A stretch of DNA of 64,000 nt from Candidatus Omnitrophota bacterium (GCA_044225175.1 JBGAJA010000004.1:17631-81630); one strand, 5' to 3'. Numbered from the stretch's first letter, positions 16,441 to 27,948 are shown. Numbers and translations: made by a program. The notes: generated from the sequence alone by a model not told the origin.

Positions 16441-17930
16441 CGTGAATTGTTCTGTTCAGCAGAATCAAGCTGTTGATTAACAATGTCAATATTGCGGGGA
16501 TCCAAACCTTCTCTATCAAAATGTTGCTCTGTTTCTAATTTAATTTTTTGTTTTAAGTTATCCGTAAGAATCTTAGGAGTAATAATAATAATTAATTCAC
16601 GAGAACTCTTTGTTTCATCGTTGTGACGAAAAGCTGAACCTATCATTGGAAGATCACCTAAAAATGGCACTTTTTGAACACTTTTATTAATTTGAGTTCT
16701 TAAAAGGCCTCCAAGGACAATCGTTTCTCCACTCATAACCTTTAAAATGGAATCTGCTTTACGTGTTTCAACATCTTTGACAGTTAGCCCATTTATTGAA
16801 ACTCCAGAATCATTAAGGTCCTGAACTTGAGGAGAAATCTTCAAAATAATTTCACCAGTTGATTCATTGGCTTGTGGAGTAACCTCTAATATCATATTGA
16901 CATCCTTATCAACAGCTTTTTCTGATACCTGAGTATTTGTTGTAGTAATCCCTGTGACTAATATTTCTTTACCGACAGTTCTCTTTCCTCCAACTTCAAT
17001 TCGACCCACTTGATTATTTAAAATTAAAATCTTTGGCCTTGCTAAACTTCGAGTATCCGTCTGACTTCTTATAAAATCAAGAGCCACATTCACTCCTGAA
17101 AAATCTGTAAGACCAGGAGTTCGTGTTAATTGTTCAAACTTATAAGAATTTGTAGCGCTAAATGATTTTGATCCACTTGAATCAACTTCTAAAGCTTTTC
17201 TTTGTAAATTATTCAAATCCCATGGTAAAAGGTTTTCTTGTGATGCTCCTGTAAGTGAAATTAATGGCTTTGCAGAACTTCCATAAGTAATCCCTATTTT
17301 CTCTGCGTTTACTTTAGAAACATCCAACATTTCAACTTCAACTAGAATTTGTAAAACAGGCACATCTAATTTGGCAATGGTATCTTCAATAACTGGGAAA
17401 CGATCGGGCACATCCGTAATAATAAGACTGTTTGTTCTTGAGTCTTCCTCAAACGTACCATCTTTGGACTTTATTTTATCAAGAGCTTCTTTAATGCCGG
17501 TATCTTTACCATAAATTTTTGAAGTGGAAACTGAAGCGTACTTTAAGGGAAAAACCTTGGTAATTGTTTTATCTTTTTCTTTGGCTCTTACAATAAAAAC
17601 ATCGCTATTAGGTCCCATTTCATAGGTTAGATCATTGGCATCTAAAATTTGTGATAAAGCTTCATCGGCAGGAATATTATCTAGAAATAATGAAATTTTT
17701 TTACCTGAAACATCAGAAGATGAAATAAAATTCTTTCCGGATTGCTTCGAAAATATTTTTAAAACATCCACCAAAGCCACATCTCTAAAATCCATTGAGA
17801 TTCTTTTAGAATAATCAGAATAGATAAAACGACTTTCAATATCTTCAGGAGCAGAAAAACCTAATGTTGCAAAAAATAACGACAAAAATAAACTCAAAAA
17901 CATTCGACAATTCTTCATGTGTTCTCCCAA
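16437..17930 (-). CDS. pilQ: Type IV pilus secretin PilQ
   Basis: Signal peptide, secretin_N domains and a C-terminal secretin domain (LARPKILILNNQVGRIEVG...). The start overlaps the pilB stop. Confidence 0.8.
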   Translation of the reverse strand: MGEHMKNCRMFLSLFLSLFFATLGFSAPEDIESRFIYSDYSKRISMDFRDVALVDVLKIFSKQSGKNFISSSDVSGKKISLFLDNIPADEALSQILDANDLTYEMGPNSDVFIVRAKEKDKTITKVFPLKYASVSTSKIYGKDTGIKEALDKIKSKDGTFEEDSRTNSLIITDVPDRFPVIEDTIAKLDVPVLQILVEVEMLDVSKVNAEKIGITYGSSAKPLISLTGASQENLLPWDLNNLQRKALEVDSSGSKSFSATNSYKFEQLTRTPGLTDFSGVNVALDFIRSQTDTRSLARPKILILNNQVGRIEVGGKRTVGKEILVTGITTTNTQVSEKAVDKDVNMILEVTPQANESTGEIILKISPQVQDLNDSGVSINGLTVKDVETRKADSILKVMSGETIVLGGLLRTQINKSVQKVPFLGDLPMIGSAFRHNDETKSSRELIIIITPKILTDNLKQKIKLETEQHFDREGLDPRNIDIVNQQLDSAEQNNSR

Positions 17931-17953
17931 GTTATTTGGAGGCTAACTTAAAA

Positions 17954-18430
17954 TTATTTTATTTGATTTCTTATAAAAAAGCTACTGCCATCCTGACTTT
18001 TTAATCGCACTCCCCTTTTATTAATTTTTAAAACTTGAACAGATTCAACATTCTCAGCACTGCCCATTTGAATAAATTCACCTTCTGCTACAAGTTGATC
18101 ATTAATAATAGCTTGCGGAAGATCTGTTCCCCAAACAAGACCTGTAAGTTTAAAATTCACCGAAAGATCTATTTTTTCTTTTGGTTTTTCTACAACAACA
18201 GGTTGAACAACAGGCTTTACTTCAACCACCGGCTTAGGAACGAGCTTTAAAAAAGGATTCTTTGGATTTAATAAAAAATCATTGAGCGCTTGGTTATCGG
18301 CATCGCTATTATCAGTAGAAACTTCGACAGTTAAATCACTCGAAGCAGCAAGCTTCTCATCAGCTGCCCCACTAAGGGAAGTTAAAAGAAAAAACTGTAT
18401 AATAAAAATATATTTTATTTGCCTTATCAT
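17954..18430 (-). CDS. pilP: PilP-like pilus assembly protein
   Basis: Signal peptide with a Pro/Val-rich linker. It lies between pilO and pilQ. The call rests mainly on gene order. Confidence 0.4.
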   Translation of the reverse strand: MIRQIKYIFIIQFFLLTSLSGAADEKLAASSDLTVEVSTDNSDADNQALNDFLLNPKNPFLKLVPKPVVEVKPVVQPVVVEKPKEKIDLSVNFKLTGLVWGTDLPQAIINDQLVAEGEFIQMGSAENVESVQVLKINKRGVRLKSQDGSSFFIRNQIK

Positions 18431-18945
18431 TTCTTAATTTGAGCAGAAGTTAAATTTAAATCAAAAGTTATAAATCCTGCAGTTTCAGAATCATCCATTT
18501 TTCCAGCTAAGTTTTCCACTCTAAAACCATATGGCGAGGTTTCCAACATTTGGACGAAAGAGACCAAATCTTTGAAATCCTTAACTCTTACAGTTAAATG
18601 AATAGCTGTTGACGTGTAAAGATCATATTTCTTTGTCCCTTGAGGGTTAAAATCCACCTCAACATGATTTTGGCTTGCATAATCTGAAATTTGATTAATT
18701 AACGCATCCGAAGTAAGAACTTTTCGTAATGTTCCAATATAGTCATCAAAGCGTTTTTTATTTTGCACATAATCTTCTATGACCGAATACTTTTGCTTCT
18801 TTTGCTGGATTTGATTCTGGTAAGAAACCATTTTTGAAGAAACACCGCCCCATAAGACAATGCCACCAATAAAAAAAAGCAACAATACAACAATCACTAA
18901 GAATATGCTCTTTTTTGCTATCATTTGTTGTAAATTAAAAGCCAT
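18427..18945 (-). CDS. pilO: PilO-like pilus assembly protein
   Basis: Single N-terminal TM helix followed by a coiled-coil and a periplasmic domain, in a 172-aa product. Its position after pilMN fits PilO. Confidence 0.5.
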   Translation of the reverse strand: MAFNLQQMIAKKSIFLVIVVLLLFFIGGIVLWGGVSSKMVSYQNQIQQKKQKYSVIEDYVQNKKRFDDYIGTLRKVLTSDALINQISDYASQNHVEVDFNPQGTKKYDLYTSTAIHLTVRVKDFKDLVSFVQMLETSPYGFRVENLAGKMDDSETAGFITFDLNLTSAQIKK

Positions 18946-18956
18946 ATTTCAAACCC

Positions 18957-20501
18957 TTATGAAGCCGTTACCGAAAAGGCAACAACGTCACTGTTATCAA
19001 TAACTTTTTTCTGTTGAGAATTTAAATTAAAAGTTAGATCAGAGAAATTTTTGTCCGATCTCAAATTATCCAAGAATTCATTAATGGCTTTATACTCCCC
19101 ACCCTTAACCTTTAGGTAAACATAACCTGTCAACTCAATTGTTAGACGATCACTAACTGAATAAGAAATCTTGGCGTCATTTAACCAAACCCCACTTGGT
19201 AAAGATTTAGTTAAAACAACAAGATAAGTTGCCATACGGCTTTTTCGATTTTGAATCTTTTTATAATTCGCCAATTTGTCACTAAACGTTTTAATTTCCT
19301 CACTAATTTGTTCAGCAGACTTATTGAGCCAAGGCCCCTCAGTCTGCGTCATCTTATCGTATTGCTTCTTAACCTCTTGAAGCTTTGCTTGGCCAAAATA
19401 TACAACACCACCAAGAATTAAAGAACACAGAATAGCAGCTTGAATAGCAGGTTTAAAATCAGAAGCACTTAAACCCAACATCTGACCTAAGTCAAAACTT
19501 AATCCACCTGGGTTAACCGCAGTTTGCTGTGAACTCTTTGTCTGCAAAAAGTTAAAAGGAGTGAATTTCGATGATACTTTTTCCAAACAAGCACCACAGG
19601 CAGACATTGTATCCATACCAACATATTTCTGTAATCCTGCAGTAATGGAAGGTTCTACAATTCGAACTTTTACAGATAACTCTTCTGCTAATAAACGACT
19701 AAGCTCTTGATCAGTAACTACAGAAAGAATCAGGATTTCCTTAATTTTCTCTTGAGAAAATTGACTATTGTAATAACCAAATGATTTTCTTATTTCCCTC
19801 AGAAGCTGCGTTCGTACCGTCTCAGAAAAAGCTTTAGGATCGTGCGTCTCAGACACAGATAAAATAAAATCTCTAACGAAATAGGCAATTCCTTTTTCAT
19901 AAAAAATAATATGCACATCATTATTATGAATATAAACCACAACAGCGCTTTGATCTAAGCGTAAGTAATTCTTAGAAACAAGATGTTTAGCTAAGCTAAC
20001 CAGTGAAGGCTCAAAAACTAAAGCTTTTCCGCCAATTTGCTTAATAATACGGTCATACTTCTCAATCGTTTGTTTCCGTACAGCGTAGAAAATAATGCGC
20101 CAGCGTTTTTGATTGTTTTCTGTTTGAGCGACCGGTTGGAAAATATAATCTAATTGTTTCAAATCAAAAGGAAGGTATTTTTTTGCTTCATAATAAACCG
20201 CATTATTTAACTCATTGGGAGACATCCAAGGAATCACAAAAGATCGTAAGAATACCTCTTGAATTGGAATAGAAACGCAGATCTGACCAGGAGTAATTTT
20301 ATGTTCACGAAATAATTTCTGAATAAAACTAACAATCTGGACTTCTCCAGTGGTATCTGAACTAAATGGAGAATCTTGAGGAGAATTTAAAACATTATCT
20401 AAAGGGCTGGAGACTACTCTCTGCAACTTATTACGATTAAAATCTGCTAAGACAATGATTTCATCAGTAAGATAAATTCCTATTTTATCGGAATTGGCCA
20501 T
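18957..20501 (-). CDS. pilMN: PilM-PilN fusion protein (actin-like ATPase domain plus TM/PilN domain)
   Basis: N-terminal PilM/FtsA-like fold of about 340 aa, an internal TM helix (AILCSLILGGVVYFGQA), and a C-terminal PilN-like domain. Confidence 0.6.
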   Translation of the reverse strand: MANSDKIGIYLTDEIIVLADFNRNKLQRVVSSPLDNVLNSPQDSPFSSDTTGEVQIVSFIQKLFREHKITPGQICVSIPIQEVFLRSFVIPWMSPNELNNAVYYEAKKYLPFDLKQLDYIFQPVAQTENNQKRWRIIFYAVRKQTIEKYDRIIKQIGGKALVFEPSLVSLAKHLVSKNYLRLDQSAVVVYIHNNDVHIIFYEKGIAYFVRDFILSVSETHDPKAFSETVRTQLLREIRKSFGYYNSQFSQEKIKEILILSVVTDQELSRLLAEELSVKVRIVEPSITAGLQKYVGMDTMSACGACLEKVSSKFTPFNFLQTKSSQQTAVNPGGLSFDLGQMLGLSASDFKPAIQAAILCSLILGGVVYFGQAKLQEVKKQYDKMTQTEGPWLNKSAEQISEEIKTFSDKLANYKKIQNRKSRMATYLVVLTKSLPSGVWLNDAKISYSVSDRLTIELTGYVYLKVKGGEYKAINEFLDNLRSDKNFSDLTFNLNSQQKKVIDNSDVVAFSVTAS

Positions 20502-20546
20502 AGGACTTGTTTTTCTAAATATTCCCAGAAAGGTGTCTAAAAATTA

Positions 20547-20575
20547 AACCATTTTCATTAGACAATAGGCATGAA
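20547..20575 (-). promoter_or_regulatory. Candidate sigma70-like promoter for the pilMN-pilO-pilP-pilQ-pilB-pilC operon
   Basis: On the minus strand: TTGACA (20575-20570), a 17-nt spacer, then TCTAAT (20552-20547). Confidence 0.3.
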
Positions 20576-20600
20576 AGCTTGTCAATACAATATGTGAAAA

Positions 20601-20954
20601 TTAATAGGTTGTTTGGAGGGTAATATCTTGAAGAACATTAGAAACAACAACTTTAAAAGTATGGCCATTAAGTGAAACAGTACAACCCCCTCCACTACAA
20701 GGAGAGGAAAAAGCCCCCGGCGTCCAACCCGCAGCGGAAGGGTCTCCGATACTTTTAGAATAACTTTGCCAATAAGCTCCTTTGGTGACTTGATCGGCTA
20801 CAATATCATCCATTTGAATGCGAGCAGTTTTACTTTGAGACATGCTTTGAGAAAAAATTGTAGCACTCACAATAGCCATCAAAAAAACAACGATTAGGAC
20901 AACGATTAAAACAATTCCTTTATTATTTTGCACCCTAAATATTCTTTTCCTCAT
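20601..20954 (-). CDS. Hypothetical protein, possibly a GspK/PilX-like minor pilin lacking Glu5
   Basis: Basic N-terminus followed by a hydrophobic helix (GIVLIVVLIVVFLMAIVSATIF) without the E+5. A C-terminal Cys pair is present. Confidence 0.25.
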   Translation of the reverse strand: MRKRIFRVQNNKGIVLIVVLIVVFLMAIVSATIFSQSMSQSKTARIQMDDIVADQVTKGAYWQSYSKSIGDPSAAGWTPGAFSSPCSGGGCTVSLNGHTFKVVVSNVLQDITLQTTY

Positions 20955-20966
20955 AGTTTTCCACCA

Positions 20967-21281
20967 CTATTCATGATAACTCAAACATCTTGGACACTGA
21001 CAGGCATTTCTTAAATGATAGTCTAAATAAACATAACCACAATATTTACAATGCTTTAAGAATTCTGATACCTTCTGCTCCACAACTTCTTTTCTTTTTA
21101 AATTATATATGATCCATAGAGCTAAAACAAGACCAAGACAGAAAATTAAAACAATAGAAAAAATAGCTGCAAAATCCCAAATAAACATTAAATGAGCACC
21201 TGACTTACGGAGGCCTGTTAAGGCCGACGTCAAGTCAGCCTGTGCGAATTTATACAGTTTTGTCTGCGGCCTAGCAGACAA
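20967..21281 (-). CDS. Small membrane protein with a C-terminal CxxC...CxxC zinc-ribbon
   Basis: One TM helix plus CKYCG...CPRC. The 5' 35 nt of the track ORF is a perfect 14-bp hairpin, so the real start is likely the internal ATG (MFIWDF...). Confidence 0.3.
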   Translation of the reverse strand: MSARPQTKLYKFAQADLTSALTGLRKSGAHLMFIWDFAAIFSIVLIFCLGLVLALWIIYNLKRKEVVEQKVSEFLKHCKYCGYVYLDYHLRNACQCPRCLSYHE

Positions 21282-21292
21282 AACTGTATTCC

Positions 21293-21541
21293 TTACTGCG
21301 GTTTATTCACCTGTCGCATTTTTACCCATGGAGCAAAAGAAGCCGATGATATTTCGCGTTGCATATTCTCATTAAAACCATTTGCTTTTATTCTTGAAGA
21401 ATCTGATTGTATTTGGGAACCCAGTATTTCTCCCAAATAAATGAATGTATTACTTTGTCTAGTAGAAGGAACAGAAAAACCCACCCAAACAAAATTAAGA
21501 ATTATGATATGGATAAAAATGGATACCATCCAAAAACGCAC
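21293..21541 (-). CDS. Hypothetical small membrane protein
   Basis: The 82-aa product has an N-terminal hydrophobic helix. It lies downstream of exbD in the same orientation. Confidence 0.2.
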   Translation of the reverse strand: MRFWMVSIFIHIIILNFVWVGFSVPSTRQSNTFIYLGEILGSQIQSDSSRIKANGFNENMQREISSASFAPWVKMRQVNKPQ

Positions 21542-21544
21542 AAT

Positions 21545-21970
21545 TTAGTTCCTCTCATCAGTAACAATATGAACATGACTATTGCCCAGAGATCTGCATA
21601 AGTCCCAAACATCCATAACTCTCCCCATGGAAGAATGACGATCTACCCGAATAGAGATATTGCGGCGTGAAAAATCAACCTTTGCCAAATCTTTCTTTAA
21701 CTCACTTAAAGTGACGACCTTTCCATTTAAATAAAAAACATTCTCGGCCGTAATAGCGATCATTTGATCTATACGCAACCCCTCACTCTCAGCCATTCTA
21801 GGAATAAGAATTTCAAAACCTGCAGGCTTAGAAAGAGACGAACAATAAATCAAAATCATTATTATTAAAAAGATCACAGACAAAGAAGCTGGAATTAAAA
21901 CAAATTCGAAAGGGGCCTTAGAAAAATTGTAATTATTCATGAATGGAATTCTTATTTTCTTGATGATCAT
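21545..21970 (-). CDS. exbD: ExbD/TolR family biopolymer transport protein
   Basis: Single TM helix and a periplasmic domain typical of ExbD. It overlaps exbB. Confidence 0.7.
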   Translation of the reverse strand: MIIKKIRIPFMNNYNFSKAPFEFVLIPASLSVIFLIIMILIYCSSLSKPAGFEILIPRMAESEGLRIDQMIAITAENVFYLNGKVVTLSELKKDLAKVDFSRRNISIRVDRHSSMGRVMDVWDLCRSLGNSHVHIVTDERN

Positions 21971-22613
21971 TTAACTGACCCAACTGAACTAACATATGCG
22001 TCGTCTGGGAGATAGAAATTTGCAAATCAGCGATCACATTATTAATCCTAGATATACAAAAGCTATAGATAGAATAAGTTAAAATACAAACCATCATTCC
22101 AACTACTGTAGAAAATAATGCCTGCCAGATTCCAACAGCTACATCTCCAACACTTAAAGGATTTAAAACATTCGAACGTACTTGGATAGAATGAAAAACA
22201 ACGGTTAATCCCACAACCGTTCCTAAGAGACCAATTAAAACCGAAACATTAACAATAAAATATAAAATACCCATTCTTTCTTTTAAACGATGAGTTTCAT
22301 AAATAAAAACTTCATCCATAGCCGTTTTAATAACCTCCGAAGAACTCCCAAATTTTAAGAGCCCTGCCTTAAAAACTCGACTAAAAGGGCTTTGATAAGA
22401 TTCGCAAACACTCAACGTCTGCTTAATCTTCTCTTTTTGAAGAGAATTAAAAAGATTTGCTTTGTGCACCTTTAAAATCTTTTCAAGCGAAGACAAATAA
22501 AATAACCTCTCTAACCCAATCGCCAAGGCTATGATTGATAACAAAATTAGGGGCCACATCATGGGACCACCTTTAAGAATCAACTGCCATAAATTAAAAA
22601 CAGCTACCATCAT
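21933..22613 (-). CDS. exbB: MotA/TolQ/ExbB proton-channel protein
   Basis: GGPMMWPLILLSIIALAIGLER motif and three TM helices. Confidence 0.75.
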   Translation of the reverse strand: MMVAVFNLWQLILKGGPMMWPLILLSIIALAIGLERLFYLSSLEKILKVHKANLFNSLQKEKIKQTLSVCESYQSPFSRVFKAGLLKFGSSSEVIKTAMDEVFIYETHRLKERMGILYFIVNVSVLIGLLGTVVGLTVVFHSIQVRSNVLNPLSVGDVAVGIWQALFSTVVGMMVCILTYSIYSFCISRINNVIADLQISISQTTHMLVQLGQLNDHQENKNSIHE

Positions 22614-25069
22614 TTCTTTCCCCCCAGATTAGCATTAATCCAATCTAAACGCTCTTGAGCAAACTTAGACTCTTCTGTATTTAATTGAATAATCTTCTGA
22701 TACGTTACTCGCGCACCTTCCCAATCTTTACGATCCTCAAAAATTCTTGCCACACGTAAATATGCTTTCGCTCCCCATGAAAGCTGTTCGGGATACTGAG
22801 CTGGTATTTTTAAATATCCTCCAACAGATTGCTCCATTTTCCCCATAAGCTCATAAGTATCAGCAATATCAAATAAGAGCTCTGCATTAGAAATCTGCCC
22901 CTTGGAGGGATCTACATTTAAAGCTTTTTGATAGATCTCAATCTCTTTATCGTAAGCTTGATTATTGCGATAGAGCTGTGCGATTTTTAAATAGGATTCT
23001 CGAGCAAGTTCGGGCGACTCCATTGCAATAGCTTCATAAGCCTCTGCTGCCTTTTGCGCATCAAATTCTTTTGCAAAGATACCCGCAATAGCTAGTTTTA
23101 TTTTAGAAGACAGCCCACTATCTTGCGAGTTAATTTGTTTGTATTGCGCCAGAGCCTGGTCATACATTCCTTGAATTTCATACGCCTGCCCCATTTCATA
23201 ATGTATTTGTTCAATGCCAAGATGATCTGGAAAATCCTCCACTATCTTTTGATAAAACTCCAACGACTGAGAATAATCTGCATTCTTTAAATAAAACTGG
23301 GCTAACCACAGTAAAGATTCAAATTCAGCCTCACTCTTAGGATACTTGAAGACAATCAACTTAAAACGCTTAACAGCCTCTTTAATTTGCCCCAACTCAT
23401 ACTGACATTTAGCAATCCCAATGTCAGAGTTCTTTGCAACATTCGTATCATCGGGATATAATCTCAAAATCTTTTGAAATAATTTCAAGGCTTCTTCTGG
23501 CTGCTTTAAATTTAAATAAGACAAAGCTAAAATATAATTTGCCTCAGGCAAAAAACTACTTTGATGTGAAAGACTTTTTAGAAATTCTTCTATTCTTAAA
23601 ATAGTCTCTTTAAAATTATTATTTCGAAAAGCTGCTAATCCCAAATAATAACTCACGTCTTCTAAATAGCGACTATTCGGGTAAGCATCTTTTAATTTCT
23701 CAAAAGCTTCAATAGCAGCTTGGATTTTCCCAACCTTAAGTAAAGTGATAGCCTGCCTATGATACACATAATCTGACATCGAGTTATCAGGATAATCCTT
23801 AAGAATTCTGTCATAGATTTCTTGCGCTTCGCTTGTTTTTCCAGCATCAGATAAAACATCAGCCATTTGAATTAAAGCATTGACCTTAACATCAATACTT
23901 TGAGAGTTATCAGCAATCTTTTGAAAATGAGTTTGGGCTTGAGGAATACTATTTAATTTTGCATAAGTCCAAGCAATTCCCAAATTAGCCTTTAAAGCCA
24001 ATGCAACATCATTACCACGATCAACAACAAAACTATAATCTCCTAAGGCTTCATCAAATTTCTTGAGTGAAAAATTTGCATTAGCTCGTCCTAAATGAGC
24101 CTCTATATAGTGCTGGCCCCTGGGAAACTTCTTAATTAACTCATCATAAACTCCCACCGCAGCATCTAAGGCACCCTTTTCAACATCAATACTGGCTTTT
24201 ACAAGCAAAAGATCATCATCAGCAAGCCCTTTACTTTTGCTAAAATCTTGCGCCTCTTTTAAAACCTTGTCTGCCTCTATAAATCTTTTTAATTTTAAAA
24301 AGCTCCAAATTTTACCTGTGTAGGCTGTCAACACCTGCTTAGGATCCGAGGATTTGATGGCCTTATCATAATAATTCTTAGCATTCTCAAAATCTTCCAT
24401 GTAATAATAAGTATCAGCAACATTCAAATAAGCATCCAATTGGTGCTCAGATTGAGGATACTTTGTCAAATAACGTATAAATCGCGCCAAAGCTTTTTGA
24501 TACTCTCCCATGTTATAAAAACACTGGGCAACTTTTAACAACGCATCCTCAGAAAGTTGATGTTTAGGAAACTTGTTAACCAAAGTTTCAAATATTGCCT
24601 TGGCTTCAGAATATTTCTTTTGATCAAACAATGACCATCCATAAGAATAATACGCCTGAGGTAGGTATGCGGATTCAGGATAAGAATTGATAAGTTCTTG
24701 ATACTTCTTCTGAGCTTGCGCAGGATCATTAAGCTTCAAGTACACTTCTCCCTGCCAAAAAAGCAAAATCTCCTTATTTTCATAAACACCTTCAAGTCCA
24801 TTAAACAAAGACAACGCCTCAGAAAATCTATTTTTAAAAAAATAGCTTTGCGCCAAAAGAAACTTTACTTGGGAAAGCTTAGGATTTGAGGGATAGTCCT
24901 GCTGCATTTGTTCTAAATAACGGATGGATACATCATAAAAGCCATCATCAAAAGCTCTCAGCGCAGTTGCATACAATTCGTCCTGTTGATTTTCCGCAAG
25001 AGATAAATTCACGGATGATAAATTAAACAAAAAGTATCCAATTAATAATGCGAAGATTAATTTTTTCAT
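22610..25069 (-). CDS. Secreted TPR-repeat protein (819 aa)
   Basis: Signal peptide, then TPR units throughout (many A..Y...G...A motifs). It overlaps both uvrA and exbB. Confidence 0.7.
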   Translation of the reverse strand: MKKLIFALLIGYFLFNLSSVNLSLAENQQDELYATALRAFDDGFYDVSIRYLEQMQQDYPSNPKLSQVKFLLAQSYFFKNRFSEALSLFNGLEGVYENKEILLFWQGEVYLKLNDPAQAQKKYQELINSYPESAYLPQAYYSYGWSLFDQKKYSEAKAIFETLVNKFPKHQLSEDALLKVAQCFYNMGEYQKALARFIRYLTKYPQSEHQLDAYLNVADTYYYMEDFENAKNYYDKAIKSSDPKQVLTAYTGKIWSFLKLKRFIEADKVLKEAQDFSKSKGLADDDLLLVKASIDVEKGALDAAVGVYDELIKKFPRGQHYIEAHLGRANANFSLKKFDEALGDYSFVVDRGNDVALALKANLGIAWTYAKLNSIPQAQTHFQKIADNSQSIDVKVNALIQMADVLSDAGKTSEAQEIYDRILKDYPDNSMSDYVYHRQAITLLKVGKIQAAIEAFEKLKDAYPNSRYLEDVSYYLGLAAFRNNNFKETILRIEEFLKSLSHQSSFLPEANYILALSYLNLKQPEEALKLFQKILRLYPDDTNVAKNSDIGIAKCQYELGQIKEAVKRFKLIVFKYPKSEAEFESLLWLAQFYLKNADYSQSLEFYQKIVEDFPDHLGIEQIHYEMGQAYEIQGMYDQALAQYKQINSQDSGLSSKIKLAIAGIFAKEFDAQKAAEAYEAIAMESPELARESYLKIAQLYRNNQAYDKEIEIYQKALNVDPSKGQISNAELLFDIADTYELMGKMEQSVGGYLKIPAQYPEQLSWGAKAYLRVARIFEDRKDWEGARVTYQKIIQLNTEESKFAQERLDWINANLGGKK

Positions 25070-27867
25070 AGTTGTGATTCTCGTTCCATAAATGCTTTTA
25101 AATATTGTCCCGTATGAGAAGATTTGCTCTTAATAATTTCATTAACACTTCCGCTAAATACCAACGCTCCACCCTTATCTCCACCATCAGGTCCTAAATC
25201 AATAATATAATCTGCAGATTTAATCACATCCAAATTGTGTTCAATAACAAGAACAGTATTACCTCGATCAACCAAACGCTGCAAGACTTTAAGAAGCTTG
25301 TCGACATCTGCAAAATGCAAACCTGTGGTAGGTTCATCCAAAATATAAAATGTCTTTCCAGTAGCTGGCTTACACAACTCACTGGCCAACTTGACTCGTT
25401 GGGCCTCTCCCCCCGAAAGCGTTGTGGCCGATTGTCCTAAACGTATATAACCTAGTCCTACGTCGAGAAGCGTGTCTAAAACAACTTTAATTTTAGGTAT
25501 ATTATCAAAAACAGGAATCGCCTCTTCTACAGATAGGTTTAGAATATCTGCAATATTCTTTCCCTTAAATTCAACCTCCAAAGTCTGGTCTGTAAATCGT
25601 TTGCCATGACAAACCTCACACTCCACATAAACATCCGGCAAGAAATGCATTTCAATTTTTTTAATTCCGTCTCCACTACAGGCCTCACAACGTCCACCTT
25701 TAACATTAAAACTAAAACGTCCCGGCTTATAACCTCGCATCTTTGATTCCGGTAATTGACTGAACAAGTCTCGTATGTGAGTAAACATTCCTGTATATGT
25801 GGCTGGATTTGATCTTGGGGTACGACCGATAGGCGATTGATCCACAACAATGACTTTATCGATATTCTCGAGACCTTCAATCTTCTTATGCTGCCCCGGC
25901 TTCTCTTTACTACCCAGAAGCTTTTGGTTCAGAGCTTTAAATAAGACATCTTCAATCAATGTAGATTTACCTGAACCAGAAACACCTGTTACACAGACAA
26001 ATGTTCCTAGAGGAATGTTTACATCAATGTTCTTTAAATTATGTTCTTTAGCTCCCACAATCTTTAGAAATTCGGTTTTAATAATCTCTCGCCTTTTTTC
26101 TGGCACATGAATTCTAAAAGCACCTCTTAAATATTGACCCGTCAAGGAATCACACTTAATTAAGCCTTTGACATCCCCTGCATACATGACTTTTCCGCCA
26201 TGTTCACCCGCACCAGGACCCAAATCAATCACATAATCTGCTCTGCGAATAGTATCTTCATCATGTTCGACTACAATCAAAGTATTCCCAAGATCTCTAA
26301 GGGCATGTAATGTCGCAAGCAAACGATCATTGTCTTTTTGATGCAACCCGATACTAGGCTCATCTAGGACATAAATAACGCCAACTAATCCTGAGCCCAC
26401 TTGAGTGGCCAATCGAATACGCTCCGCTTCTCCGCCAGAAAGCGTTGAACTTCTTCGATCTAATGTCAGGTACTCCAAACCGACATTAATACAAAAGTTC
26501 AAACGGCGATTAATTTCCTTTAAAATCTCTGCACTGATTGTCTGATGATCTTTAGAAAGCTTAAGACTATCAAAAAAAACTTTTGCTTCTTTGGTTGAGA
26601 AAGCAGTAATGTCAGTAATGTTATACTTATCGATCTTGACGGCCAAAGATTCCTTCTTCAAACGCTTCCCTTCACAGGCAGGACATGAAGAAACAGACAT
26701 AAAGGATGAAATCTCCTCCTTAAGCCAATCACTGTCTGTCTCTCTAAACAAACGCTCCATGTAACCCACGACTCCTTCAAAGGCACGCCCCCACACAGTA
26801 TCATCAGATCCATAAAAGATAATATTCTTAAATTTCTTGTCTAATTGGCTAAAAGGTAGACGAGGATCTACATCATAAATGTTGGCAACCTCACGTAGTA
26901 CAGCACGGTAGTACATCATGTAACCGCGCTTGCCCTTCTTCCAGGGAACAATCGCAGCAGTCCACGGTTTGGTTGGATCAGGAACCAATGCTTCTGGATC
27001 AATTTCCATCTTGGTTCCAAGGCCATTACATTCAGGGCAAGCCCCGTAAGGAGAGTTAAAAGAAAAGATCCTTGGTTCAATTTCACTCAAAGATGTTCCA
27101 CACTCTGCACAGGCGTACTTCTCGCTAAACATTTGGTCGGGACGATCGCCATTAAAATCAACAATCAAAATGCCCTCACCAATTTTAAGAGCTGTTTCAA
27201 CGGAATCTGAGAGACGTTTACGAATATCCGGCTTAACACTTAAGCGGTCAACGACTGTTTCAATATGATGTATTTTGAATTTATCTAACTTGAGCTTATC
27301 TTGAGTGTCATAAATCTTTCCATCCACACGAAGACGTGCAAAACCAGATTTGGTGACTTGAGCCTGAATATCACGATACTCCCCTTTTCGTCCACGAATG
27401 AGTGGGGCCAGAATATTAATTTTTGTTCCTTCAGAAAAGCTTAAGATTTGATTAACAATCTGCTGAGAACTTTGTTGTTCGATCTTTTTTCCACAGGAAT
27501 AGCAATAAGGCTGCCCAATGCGTGCAAATAAAAGACGCAAATAATCATAAATTTCAGTTTGGGTGGCAACAGTTGACCGAGGGTTACGACTGATTGTCTT
27601 TTGTTCAATAGAAATGGTAGGAGAAAGCCCTTCAATATGTTCCACCTGAGGCTTTTGCATTTGATCCAGGAATTGCCGGGCATACGCTGATAAGCTTTCA
27701 ACGTAGCGTCTCTGCCCCTCGGCATAGATAGTATCGAAAGCCAAAGACGATTTTCCTGACCCACTTAAACCGGTAATGACGACAAATTGGTTACGTGGGA
27801 TAGTTAAATCGATATTCTTTAAATTATGTTCTTTAGCACCACGAATGATGATGGAGTCTGATTTCAT
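25066..27867 (-). CDS. uvrA: Excinuclease ABC subunit A
   Basis: Two ABC ATPase modules ([14 protein letters not shown] and [10 protein letters not shown]), zinc-finger Cys clusters and LSGGEAQRV signatures in a 933-aa product. Confidence 0.95.
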   Translation of the reverse strand: MKSDSIIIRGAKEHNLKNIDLTIPRNQFVVITGLSGSGKSSLAFDTIYAEGQRRYVESLSAYARQFLDQMQKPQVEHIEGLSPTISIEQKTISRNPRSTVATQTEIYDYLRLLFARIGQPYCYSCGKKIEQQSSQQIVNQILSFSEGTKINILAPLIRGRKGEYRDIQAQVTKSGFARLRVDGKIYDTQDKLKLDKFKIHHIETVVDRLSVKPDIRKRLSDSVETALKIGEGILIVDFNGDRPDQMFSEKYACAECGTSLSEIEPRIFSFNSPYGACPECNGLGTKMEIDPEALVPDPTKPWTAAIVPWKKGKRGYMMYYRAVLREVANIYDVDPRLPFSQLDKKFKNIIFYGSDDTVWGRAFEGVVGYMERLFRETDSDWLKEEISSFMSVSSCPACEGKRLKKESLAVKIDKYNITDITAFSTKEAKVFFDSLKLSKDHQTISAEILKEINRRLNFCINVGLEYLTLDRRSSTLSGGEAERIRLATQVGSGLVGVIYVLDEPSIGLHQKDNDRLLATLHALRDLGNTLIVVEHDEDTIRRADYVIDLGPGAGEHGGKVMYAGDVKGLIKCDSLTGQYLRGAFRIHVPEKRREIIKTEFLKIVGAKEHNLKNIDVNIPLGTFVCVTGVSGSGKSTLIEDVLFKALNQKLLGSKEKPGQHKKIEGLENIDKVIVVDQSPIGRTPRSNPATYTGMFTHIRDLFSQLPESKMRGYKPGRFSFNVKGGRCEACSGDGIKKIEMHFLPDVYVECEVCHGKRFTDQTLEVEFKGKNIADILNLSVEEAIPVFDNIPKIKVVLDTLLDVGLGYIRLGQSATTLSGGEAQRVKLASELCKPATGKTFYILDEPTTGLHFADVDKLLKVLQRLVDRGNTVLVIEHNLDVIKSADYIIDLGPDGGDKGGALVFSGSVNEIIKSKSSHTGQYLKAFMERESQL

Positions 27868-27880
27868 AGCCCATTATTCT

Positions 27881-27923
27881 ATATAAAAGACAACCCCTGT
27901 ACCATAGAAAAGTACAGGGGTTG
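27881..27923 (-). terminator. Rho-independent terminator after the small basic protein gene, upstream of uvrA
   Basis: 12-bp perfect stem CAACCCCTGTAC / GTACAGGGGTTG (27891-27902 and 27912-27923). On the minus strand it is followed by TCTTTTATAT. Confidence 0.6.
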
Positions 27924-27948
27924 GTTGTATACCGCAATGCGGGAATGA

